Shown here: positions 28,593 to 37,161 of the stretch, in pieces | Numbering within the stretch: the first letter of the stretch is position 1 | Layout: the number at the start of each line of letters is the position of its first letter | Origin: Minisyncoccota bacterium | Lineage (GTDB): Bacteria; Patescibacteriota; Minisyncoccia; Phycocordibacterales; UBA9973 | Length of the DNA: 57,268 nt | Direction of reading: 5' to 3' | Assembly (NCBI GenBank): GCA_041659845.1 | Contig: JBAZXM010000004.1 | Span: forward strand, 1-57,268 | Translations under genes and position numbers: made by a program | Notes under the pieces: model-generated | Database searches by the model: none | Seen by the model: only the letters and a program-made list of their open reading frames with translations | Told to the model about the DNA's origin: nothing

Positions 28593-29069
28593 ATGAAAAA
28601 AATCTACATAATTATTGGAGCTATTATTGTTGCAGCTACTCTATATCTCGCTCTCTCTCCAAAAAATAGTCCGGAGTCTACAGATATTTATAAAGACAGT
28701 ACTGATTACGCAAATCCTGAATCAACGCCTTTAAATACAAACGGCCCGACTTCCGGCAAACAAATGGAAGATGGCACTGTATCCGTATCTATAAATGAAG
28801 AGCCTGTCGTAACTTACACTGATAACGGCTTCTCCCCCGGGGTGCTTACTGTCGCTATCGGCACCAAAGTAAAATTCATCAATGAAAGCAATGGTGGCAT
28901 GTGGGTGGCTTCTGCTCCTCATCCGACACACACGGCCCTACCTGGCTTTGATGAAAAAATGGCAGTACAAAAAGGTGGAACCTATGAATATACATTCACT
29001 AAAGAAGGTACGTGGAAATATCATAATCATGTTTCAGCTAATCATTACGGATCGATTATCGTTAAATAA
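28593..29069 (+). CDS. membrane-anchored cupredoxin-like domain protein
   Basis: 158 aa with an N-terminal TM. GFSPGVLTVAIGTKVKFINES...HPTH...YHNH...GSIIV. Confidence 0.65.
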   Translation: MKKIYIIIGAIIVAATLYLALSPKNSPESTDIYKDSTDYANPESTPLNTNGPTSGKQMEDGTVSVSINEEPVVTYTDNGFSPGVLTVAIGTKVKFINESNGGMWVASAPHPTHTALPGFDEKMAVQKGGTYEYTFTKEGTWKYHNHVSANHYGSIIVK

Positions 29070-29225
29070 AAAAATCGTCTCGGTAAGTGTTTAGCGGGGA
29101 CTTGCGAGCGCGACTGGCGCGAAATGAAAAGCAAACTACTTTGCTTTTCATCCGGTTCGCGGAGCGAAACTGTTATTATGAGGCTTTAGCCGAATAAACA
29201 GTAGGCGAAGGAATTTCCTAAATCA

Positions 29226-29585
29226 ATGAATAATAAACTTTCAATTTTAATTTTAAGAATCGGTGTAGCGTTTGCATTTATCTACCCAGCAATAGCCGGA
29301 TTCATTAATCCTGACAACTGGATAGGTTACTTCCCTTCATTTACACGAGGATATATTCCTGATACAATACTACTTTTGATTTTTGGAATTGTTGAAATTT
29401 TAATTGCGCTTTCCATCCTTTTCTTAAAAAACATTCGCATCCCGTGCATCATCGCATCACTCATGCTCGTCGGCATAATCGTATTTAATTTTCCACAAAT
29501 GGATGTCATTTTCCGCGATGTTACAATCCTTGCTCTGACAATAATGCTCGCAATAGAATCAAAAAAGGAACAGATGATGCAATAA
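29226..29585 (+). CDS. small integral membrane protein (DoxX-like)
   Basis: 119 aa with 4 predicted TM helices. Confidence 0.45.
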   Translation: MNNKLSILILRIGVAFAFIYPAIAGFINPDNWIGYFPSFTRGYIPDTILLLIFGIVEILIALSILFLKNIRIPCIIASLMLVGIIVFNFPQMDVIFRDVTILALTIMLAIESKKEQMMQ

Positions 29586-29639
29586 AATCAAACAGGGCTA
29601 AGCTATAGCTATGCTTGATTATGTTATTATAAAAGCACT

Positions 29640-31802
29640 ATGCAGCCGAATGATTTGATTGAAAAACTTTTTCGCTTGATAGACAGTCAAAAAAAAGCGC
29701 TGAAAAAGCTGGGGGTCGTGACTATTCATGATCTCCTTTTTCACTTCCCATCGCGTTATGGCGATACGGCGGAATTTACAACGATTAATAATATTTCCAA
29801 AGGCGAAACGGCTGTCATTTTCGGCAGGATACGCGGATTAAAAACCGGCAAAGCATTCGTGAAAAAAACCCCAATGTCCGAAGCACATATAGATGACGAC
29901 ACAGGTAGTATCAAAGCAATCTGGCTCCATCAGCCCTACATTGCCAAGATGATCCATGACGGCGCACTTGTGCGAGTGGAGGGTAAAATTTCTGAACGCA
30001 AAAACGAGCTTTCGCTTGTAAATCCAAAAATCGAAGTCATCGGCAAATTACCTATCGGAGTCGGTGATTCTCTTTTCGGCGACGGAAGCGCAGGTCACAC
30101 TCTCTACCCTGTATACCCCGAGAGCCGGGGTATCACTTCTAATTGGCTATATCATGCAATGCAGAAAATTTTCAAAAGCGGAATTTTAGAAACACTTATC
30201 GACCCGATACCGAAAAATATTCTTGAAAAATATAATTTACCAACTCTTAAAACTGCTCTCATCTGGATCCACTCTCCGCATAAAGAATCCGACGCACTCT
30301 CTGCTCGCAAGCGCTTCGCATTTGAAGAAGTTTTTTTTATCCAGCTCCACAAACGCCATGACCGAATGCTCTTTGAGCAGAATAAGGCATACACTGTCGC
30401 TGTAGAGCAAAAAGATACAGATGAGTTTATGGTGCGCTTCCCATTCCATGCGACTGATGCGCAAAAAAAAGCGATTGACCAGATCCTTGAAGATTTCAAA
30501 AAAGAAAATCCAATGTCGCGCCTTCTCGAGGGAGATGTCGGATCTGGTAAGACGGCAGTCGCTGCAACTGCAGCGTATAGCGTGATTCGTAGTCGGCCGA
30601 CAAATCAAAGTTTCGGAAATCTGCAGGTTGCCTACATGGCACCGACGGAAATTCTCGCCACTCAACATTTCGAATCATTCATCCAATACTTTAAACATTT
30701 AAATATCAATATCGGACTTCTAACAGGCAGTGGCTGCAGGAAATTCCCCTCAAAAGTCGCATCAAATGCAAATGGATGGACACCGATTTCCCGCGCTCAA
30801 CTTTTAAAATGGGTATCGAATGGAGAAATCCCGATACTCATCGGTACGCATGCGCTCATTCAGAAAAGTGTAAAGTTCAAACACCTTGCGCTCGTGGTTA
30901 TTGATGAACAGCATCGCTTCGGCACAGAACAACGTAAAAAATTAGCAAACAAAGAAGGCTTTGCTCCGCATTTATTATCAATGACTGCAACACCTATCCC
31001 CCGCACGCTTGCACTCACAATCTATGGCGACCTTGATTTGACCTTACTTGATCAAATGCCCGCAGGCAGAAAAACTGTCGTGACTGAAATCGTCACTCCA
31101 GAAAAAAGAAACGATACTTATGAAAAAATAAAGCTGGAGATGTCGAGTGGTCGACAACTGTATGTAATCTGCGCGCGTATCGATGATGCTGATCCGGACA
31201 TGGAAATAAAACTGAATCTACGCTCAGTCACAAGTGAAGCCGAACGCTTGAAAAAAGAAGTTTTCCAAGATTGTGAAATCGGCATTCTGCACAGTAAGAT
31301 GACGAAAGATAAAAAAGAAGAAGTCATGAAAGATTTTTCCGATGGGAAAATCGATATTCTAGTCGCAACATCGGTAGTGGAAGTCGGAGTGAACGTACCC
31401 AATGCAACAATAATAATAATTGAAGGCGCAGAGCGCTTCGGCCTCGCCCAACTCCACCAGCTCCGCGGGCGCGTAATTAGAAGCTCGGACCAAGCATACT
31501 GCTATGTCTTTGCCGAGACTAAAACACAAAAGACTATTGATCGCCTGCGTGCATTAGTCACCGCGAAAAATGGCTTTGAATTATCTGAACTTGATTTACA
31601 ATTGCGTGGTGGAGGCGAGCTCGCTGGAAGAAAACAGTGGGGCCTCTCCGATCTCGGCATGGAAGCGATAAAGAATTTAAAAATGGTAGAAGCTGCTCGC
31701 ACTGAAGCGACAAATATAATTTCTTCGGATCCAGAGCTTACTAAGCATCCACTCCTTAAACAGACTCTGTCGCATAAAAAATTCGATATTCATTTTGAGT
31801 AA
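29640..31802 (+). CDS. recG: ATP-dependent DNA helicase RecG
   Basis: 720 aa. Wedge/OB N-terminus, GDVGSGKT, DEQHRFG, SMTATPIPRT, QLHQLRGRVIR. Confidence 0.9.
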   Translation: MQPNDLIEKLFRLIDSQKKALKKLGVVTIHDLLFHFPSRYGDTAEFTTINNISKGETAVIFGRIRGLKTGKAFVKKTPMSEAHIDDDTGSIKAIWLHQPYIAKMIHDGALVRVEGKISERKNELSLVNPKIEVIGKLPIGVGDSLFGDGSAGHTLYPVYPESRGITSNWLYHAMQKIFKSGILETLIDPIPKNILEKYNLPTLKTALIWIHSPHKESDALSARKRFAFEEVFFIQLHKRHDRMLFEQNKAYTVAVEQKDTDEFMVRFPFHATDAQKKAIDQILEDFKKENPMSRLLEGDVGSGKTAVAATAAYSVIRSRPTNQSFGNLQVAYMAPTEILATQHFESFIQYFKHLNINIGLLTGSGCRKFPSKVASNANGWTPISRAQLLKWVSNGEIPILIGTHALIQKSVKFKHLALVVIDEQHRFGTEQRKKLANKEGFAPHLLSMTATPIPRTLALTIYGDLDLTLLDQMPAGRKTVVTEIVTPEKRNDTYEKIKLEMSSGRQLYVICARIDDADPDMEIKLNLRSVTSEAERLKKEVFQDCEIGILHSKMTKDKKEEVMKDFSDGKIDILVATSVVEVGVNVPNATIIIIEGAERFGLAQLHQLRGRVIRSSDQAYCYVFAETKTQKTIDRLRALVTAKNGFELSELDLQLRGGGELAGRKQWGLSDLGMEAIKNLKMVEAARTEATNIISSDPELTKHPLLKQTLSHKKFDIHFE

Positions 31803-31822
31803 TTATTTGATATACTTAAATA

Positions 31823-32053
31823 ATGCCATTTCACGAACATAGAGGAAGATCCTTGGCTAAAGCGGCGACATATCGTCTTGTCAGTCTTATATCTGATGGT
31901 ATTATTGTTTTTGCCATTACGCGAGAATATTCCATAACACTCAAGGTTGTCATTATATCTAACATTGTAAGCATTCTTCTTTATTTCATACATGAACGAG
32001 CATGGAATAAATCCGCATTCGGAAGATTGCGCAAAGAAAATCTATTTAAATAA
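31823..32053 (+). CDS. DUF2061-like small membrane protein
   Basis: 76 aa. RSLAKAATYR...HERAW signature. Confidence 0.6.
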   Translation: MPFHEHRGRSLAKAATYRLVSLISDGIIVFAITREYSITLKVVIISNIVSILLYFIHERAWNKSAFGRLRKENLFK

Positions 32054-32125
32054 ATTTAAAATAAGAACCGTTCTTATTTTAAATTTATGCACTATAAATA
32101 CGCTATAGCGTATTTATAGTGCATA
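32050..32125. repeat. two abutting perfect palindromes (19-bp arms with a 1-nt centre; 20-bp arms with no loop)
   Basis: 32050-32088: aaatttaaaataagaac-c-gttcttattttaaattt. 32086-32125: tatgcactataaatacgcta|tagcgtatttatagtgcata. Confidence 0.85.
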
Positions 32126-32191
32126 TGCAAAAAATATACAAAATAAAAAACCCTCAAAAACTTTCGTTCTTGAGGGTTTGTAAATTAAAAA

Positions 32192-33718
32192 TTATTGAAT
32201 AATCAGCTTGCCTAAACCAATAGATTTACCTTTTTCGGACACTATTCTGTAAAGATAAGCGCCGGAAGATAATCCTTCGCGGTCGATTTCGATATTTTCA
32301 ACACTACTCACCTTTTTTACTTCCCTACCCATAAGGTCATAGAGTTTTAAAGTGCGCATAATGTTGTCAGAAAATTTAATTTCTGCGTGGTTAGACATCG
32401 GATTGGGAGATAATGTAAACAATCCTTTTCCTGATTGATTTTCAAAAATCCCAGTAATCTCTTTACAATTTACATATACTGGATCACTAACGGCTTCACA
32501 TTCGTATTGGTTTTTTACCTTTACAAAATAAAAACCTGCGGTATCGGTAGTATAGAACTGAGAAGTTGCTCCAGCAATCACAGAATCGCGAAAACACCAT
32601 TGGTATTTCTTTGCAAAACTCGACGCTAAGTCACAATTATTCTGTGCAATTTTTGGTTGAGTTGGTAAATCATGGAATATAATATTCGCATTTGTGTTAC
32701 CACTACAGCCATACTGTGTTCGAACATAGACCCCATAGACTCCGGAATTTGTAATAATTCTAGTTGACATAGTGTCACTAATAGTAATGTCGTTCCACTG
32801 GAATGATTCGTATTGATCTGTCTTTTCAAGAGTCAGAGATATAGAATCACCACTGCAATAAAATTGCTTAATGGGAGACATGGTAATAACAGGATTGGGT
32901 AATGAGTGCACAAGCAAATAAATAGAATCTGAATTTGCCTTGCAACCATTTGCGTCCGTTATGTTTACTTTTACTATTCCAGAATTTTTACTTTGATAAT
33001 TCCACGCATCTGTGGAAGAATCAGGCCATAAAGCAATCAGAGGACTAGCCCACCATCCTTTGTATGATGTGTAGACTGAACTCCAATTATTATTACATCC
33101 ATCAATCGTATCAATTACAAGACCTTTTCTTATTTGACTGTATGCAGAAAGCGAAACAGAAAAATTGGATTTGTAATTTAAATATGCATACGCCTGACTA
33201 ATACAACCAACAGTATCACGAATCACAACCCTGTAACTTCCTTGAGTTGTGGCAACGAGACTATCAGCGATACCTCTATCTATGGTGTCGTTCTGAAACC
33301 ATGCATAAGTACTGCCTGACATAGCACTCACTTTAAATGTAATTTTCTCCCCCGGACAAACATTTGGAGGATTATTGGATGTAATCGAAACAGTTGGACT
33401 AGGATATACGGTAATAACCATACTCATCATTTTCACCTGACTGGTGGCAGAATCAGTAATATTTAAATACACTGTATATATACCAGGGTTACTAAAAGTA
33501 ACAACTGGCGGTGTTTTTGTATTCCAATTCCACGGAGATCCTCCGTTAAACGACCACTGCCAATTTGAAATTGAACCAGTTGAATTGTCGGTGAACTGAA
33601 TAGAAGAATTCTGACAAACAGAAGTCTTATCTGATGTGAAATTTACATCAGCTTCTTTGGCTTTTGAAGTCAAAGTCATGGCACAAATAAATGCGCTAAC
33701 AAACAATAATTTTTTCAT
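32192..33718 (-). CDS. secreted PKD-domain protein with a T9SS (Por) type-A C-terminal sorting domain
   Basis: Signal peptide MKKLLFVSAFICAMTLTSKA (ATG 33718; the track start 33742 is TTG). PKD motif VNFTSD...IQFTDNSTG...WQWSFNGG...GIYTVYLNITD. C-terminus LSPNPMSNHAEIKF...LKLYDLMGREV...LSSGAYLYRI...GKLIIQ. Confidence 0.8.
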   Translation of the reverse strand: MKKLLFVSAFICAMTLTSKAKEADVNFTSDKTSVCQNSSIQFTDNSTGSISNWQWSFNGGSPWNWNTKTPPVVTFSNPGIYTVYLNITDSATSQVKMMSMVITVYPSPTVSITSNNPPNVCPGEKITFKVSAMSGSTYAWFQNDTIDRGIADSLVATTQGSYRVVIRDTVGCISQAYAYLNYKSNFSVSLSAYSQIRKGLVIDTIDGCNNNWSSVYTSYKGWWASPLIALWPDSSTDAWNYQSKNSGIVKVNITDANGCKANSDSIYLLVHSLPNPVITMSPIKQFYCSGDSISLTLEKTDQYESFQWNDITISDTMSTRIITNSGVYGVYVRTQYGCSGNTNANIIFHDLPTQPKIAQNNCDLASSFAKKYQWCFRDSVIAGATSQFYTTDTAGFYFVKVKNQYECEAVSDPVYVNCKEITGIFENQSGKGLFTLSPNPMSNHAEIKFSDNIMRTLKLYDLMGREVKKVSSVENIEIDREGLSSGAYLYRIVSEKGKSIGLGKLIIQ

Positions 33719-33829
33719 TTCTTTTAAGTTTTTAAAGGTCAATTTTTGCTGTAAAAATATCCTTACAGCTAGATTTGTCTTTATTTAAGACTTTTTAATC
33801 ATAGCACCTTTTATATAAAAAGTCAATAG

Positions 33830-34984
33830 CTACCTCACTACCACAGCTTGATTGCTTAATTCACCGAAGATATTCATATGGTCGATAAGTTTGTCCGCGC
33901 GCCAATATTCATTCGAGCCCAACTTAGCTTGTGGGTCGTGAACATAAAAACCTATTGGATTTTCTTTTTCTCCAACCATACCGACAACTGTTCGGGTATG
34001 CTCTCCTTGATAGGCTGTGATTTCTTTACCGCTATCGGTTTGCCATTTAAGAATCTTCACTGGCAAACTTGCATTGTATCCCCAGACTACGACAGGATAC
34101 CCTTCTGATATATTCTCGGCTAAAAATTGAGCTGATATGTTGGTATAAGATTCTGCCGAGCGACCGAATGATTGTGCCGCACGAGCAATGGGTGCACGGA
34201 ATGCGCCGTATCCAGATCGAGCACCATCGACAAATCCGACAAACTGTTCATCTGGATCATCCCAGATATTTTCAGATCTGTTCCATGCACGAGGGCTGTA
34301 TCCAACTTTTTCAAGAATTGAAAAATCTGTCTCTTGAATGCCGTAGTATGCGAGCGCCATCCTAAGAGCAGACTCTTCACAACTTCGAGCATAGGTCTGT
34401 TTGAAATATGGAACCGCGAGACGTTTAATGGACGCTTGTGCGATAAATGTCCTTGTACTTACCTTATCATTCGATGTACCACTTTGGGGTAAAACTCCTC
34501 GACTAACCGAGACTGTATATGAAACACCCTTCTCAAGTGAAGATGGCAACCATGTCATGACTTTGCCGTTCCATGAAAAATCTCCTGAAACAAAAGGTGT
34601 TATCGAAAATGCTTTCTCCGCACTCTTTTTGTCTACATTCATATTAAATATCACTCGAACACCTTTTGATTGTCCAAGCACAGTATCAAATGAAATATCT
34701 ACAAGAAGTTTGGGCGAATAAACAACAGGCTTTGGAACTTTTGGAGATTCTGTTTTGGTATCAGTTTTGGCAATCAATTCAGGCTCAACAAAATTGTTTA
34801 GATTTTGCTCGACAGCTACAAGAGTCGTATCCGACACCATGCTTGTACTAGGAGGATTGTCATATATTGCAGTTTTCTCAAAAGAATTTATATTTTCTTT
34901 AGGCTGAGAGGGTTTGAAAATTATAGGAGAGAAAGCGAGAAAAACTATAAAGAGCCCTAATTGTAAAATTTCTCGAATACTCAT
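33830..34984 (-). CDS. membrane-anchored C39-like cysteine peptidase with Ig-like domain
   Basis: 384 aa with an N-terminal TM and an SbsA-Ig-like segment. VPYFKQTYARSCEESALRMALAYYG has the catalytic Cys context. A His lies later in the sequence. Confidence 0.7.
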   Translation of the reverse strand: MSIREILQLGLFIVFLAFSPIIFKPSQPKENINSFEKTAIYDNPPSTSMVSDTTLVAVEQNLNNFVEPELIAKTDTKTESPKVPKPVVYSPKLLVDISFDTVLGQSKGVRVIFNMNVDKKSAEKAFSITPFVSGDFSWNGKVMTWLPSSLEKGVSYTVSVSRGVLPQSGTSNDKVSTRTFIAQASIKRLAVPYFKQTYARSCEESALRMALAYYGIQETDFSILEKVGYSPRAWNRSENIWDDPDEQFVGFVDGARSGYGAFRAPIARAAQSFGRSAESYTNISAQFLAENISEGYPVVVWGYNASLPVKILKWQTDSGKEITAYQGEHTRTVVGMVGEKENPIGFYVHDPQAKLGSNEYWRADKLIDHMNIFGELSNQAVVVR

Positions 34985-35011
34985 TGTGATATAAGTATAT
35001 CACGCTTATTG

Positions 35012-35085
35012 TCCATCCTCCTGGACTCGAACCAGGGACCCTCGAGGTATAAGCTCGATGCTCTAACCAACTGAGCTAAGGATGG
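35012..35085 (-). tRNA. tRNA-Ile (anticodon UAU)
   Basis: Hand-folded reverse complement. ccatcct/aggatgg acceptor (C1:G72), TA-GCTC-agttggtta-GAGC, tcgag-ctTATac-ctcga, cctgg-ttcgagt-ccagg, A73. Confidence 0.8.
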
Positions 35086-35177
35086 ATACGTTTTGATATT
35101 ATATTATTTTGAGGTCTACCGCAATAAGGAAAATAAAAAAAATGCGCGTCGTACGACGTGCATTTTTATTTTCTAAT

Positions 35178-37070
35178 TTAAATTACTTCTTTCTTTTTCG
35201 GTATTATTCCATGAGCGATAATAATCTGTTCATATTCTGGTTGTTCAAGAGTTTCCATTTCAATCAATTTTTGTGCAATCGCATCTAATGCCGGCCTGTT
35301 ATCTTTAAGAGTCTGGCGCGCGACTGCAAATGCATTCTGCATTATTTTTGAAACTTCTGCATCAATTTTTGCCGACATGCTTTCAGAATAATTCTTATCA
35401 TCAACTCCTCTACCAAACATAGTGCGTCCACCGTCGGATTCAAGTGCAATAGGCCCAATATCATCTGACATCCCCCATCTAGTCACCATCGCGCGTGCGA
35501 GAGCACTTGCGACTTGTAAATCATTAGACGGGCCGGTAGTTATATCACCGAAAATCATTTCTTCCGCCACATATCCGCCAAGCGACATCGCAATATCATC
35601 TAAGAATTCTTTTTTTGATTGGAGCTTGCGTTCTTCAAGCGGAAGCTTGAGTGTATAACCACCTGCACGACCACGAGCAACGATAGAGACTTTGTGCACT
35701 GGATCTGCGTAAGGCAAAACTGACGCCACAAGTGCATGCCCAGCTTCATGGTATGCCGTAATTTCTTTTTCTTTCTTGGTCATCAAATGACTCTTTCTTT
35801 CTGGACCCATCATCACCTTTTCAATTGAGCGAATGAGGTCATATTGTGCGACTGTTTTACGGTCTTCGCGTGCAGCTAAGATCGCCCCTTCGTTCATAAG
35901 CGAATAGAGGTCAGCACCCGAGAATCCTGGGGTACGCTCAGCAATTAATTCCAAATTTATATCCTCAGCAAAAGGCTTTTTTACCGAGTGAACTTGCAGG
36001 ATTTCCAACCGATCCTTGCGGTCAGGCAAGTCGAGTACCACTCGGCGATCAAATCTGCCTGGGCGGAGTAGTGCAGGATCAAGCACATCAGAGCGATTAG
36101 TTGCGGCCATAACAATAACCTTTTCGTTCGGTTCGAAGCCGTCCATTTCCACGAGAATCTGGTTTAACGTCTGTTCACGTTCGTCATTTCCCCCGCCTAC
36201 GCCAGTGCCACGTACACGGCCAACAGCATCAATTTCATCAACGAAAATAATAGATGGTGCGGATTTTTTCGCCATTTGAAAAAGGTCACGCACGCGCGAT
36301 GCACCGACACCGACAAACATCTCGACAAATTCTGACCCAGAGAGATGAAAGAATGGCACCCCCGCTTCGCCCGCGACTGCGCGCGCAAGTAAAGTCTTGC
36401 CTGTGCCCGGTGCACCTGTTAAAAGCACGCCTTTCGGAATTCGAGCTCCGATGTCTAAAAACTTTTTTGGGTTTTTCAAGAAGTCCACAATTTCTTTCAA
36501 TTCTTCTTTCGCTTCTTTGCAGCCGGCGACATCTTTGAAAGTCACACGGTTATTATGATCATCAGGCGATGTGATGCGCGCTTTGGATTGTCCAAAAGTA
36601 AATGCTTGCATTCCCGCGCCTTTGACTTGGCGTGTGAGCATCCAAAAGAAGAAAATAATCACAAGCACAGGCAGAGCGAATGGTAAAATATTTAAAAGCC
36701 AAAAACCAATACCACCCTCACTCTTAATATCGATAGTCGTACTCGCAAGCTCCTCAGGCTTAACCCCATAATTTACCAGCGTCTGCGAGAGTGAAGCTTC
36801 AGACTCTTTTTTTGATTTCTTTACCGTGCCATCCTTATAATCAATAGAGAGGTCTTCACCATCAACTTGGATATTTTTCACGAGGCCTGCTTGTATATTC
36901 TGAGTAAGTTCAGACAGTGAAATAACCGGAATATCTTTGTGATTGTTCGCAATGATAGAGTAAAGCACCACAATCAACATGAAAATAAGCACCATAGTCG
37001 TCGCGTGGCGCATAACCGGAAGCTTGCCTTTCGGCATATTCTTTTTTGACTGTTTTTTCCCCCCTGCCAT
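35178..37070 (-). CDS. ftsH: ATP-dependent zinc metalloprotease FtsH
   Basis: [26 protein letters not shown] region, HEAGHA zinc motif. ATG 37070 is preferred over TTG 37088. Confidence 0.92.
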   Translation of the reverse strand: MAGGKKQSKKNMPKGKLPVMRHATTMVLIFMLIVVLYSIIANNHKDIPVISLSELTQNIQAGLVKNIQVDGEDLSIDYKDGTVKKSKKESEASLSQTLVNYGVKPEELASTTIDIKSEGGIGFWLLNILPFALPVLVIIFFFWMLTRQVKGAGMQAFTFGQSKARITSPDDHNNRVTFKDVAGCKEAKEELKEIVDFLKNPKKFLDIGARIPKGVLLTGAPGTGKTLLARAVAGEAGVPFFHLSGSEFVEMFVGVGASRVRDLFQMAKKSAPSIIFVDEIDAVGRVRGTGVGGGNDEREQTLNQILVEMDGFEPNEKVIVMAATNRSDVLDPALLRPGRFDRRVVLDLPDRKDRLEILQVHSVKKPFAEDINLELIAERTPGFSGADLYSLMNEGAILAAREDRKTVAQYDLIRSIEKVMMGPERKSHLMTKKEKEITAYHEAGHALVASVLPYADPVHKVSIVARGRAGGYTLKLPLEERKLQSKKEFLDDIAMSLGGYVAEEMIFGDITTGPSNDLQVASALARAMVTRWGMSDDIGPIALESDGGRTMFGRGVDDKNYSESMSAKIDAEVSKIMQNAFAVARQTLKDNRPALDAIAQKLIEMETLEQPEYEQIIIAHGIIPKKKEVI

Positions 37071-37161
37071 AGTACGGTCAGTATACAATAAAATTAAGAA
37101 ATATGGAATAAAAATAAAATAAAAAAAGCGTGTGATGAATTACAGTATAAAACTGCAACCA

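Noticed and set aside
32192-33742. Treating the T9SS-type gene simply as contamination or a chimeric contig.
   Set aside because: This is not fully excluded. However, the gene uses the same TTGACT-N17 promoter architecture and AT-rich hairpin terminators as its neighbours. I also see no obvious compositional break by eye. It is therefore reported as a finding, with read mapping as the decisive test.
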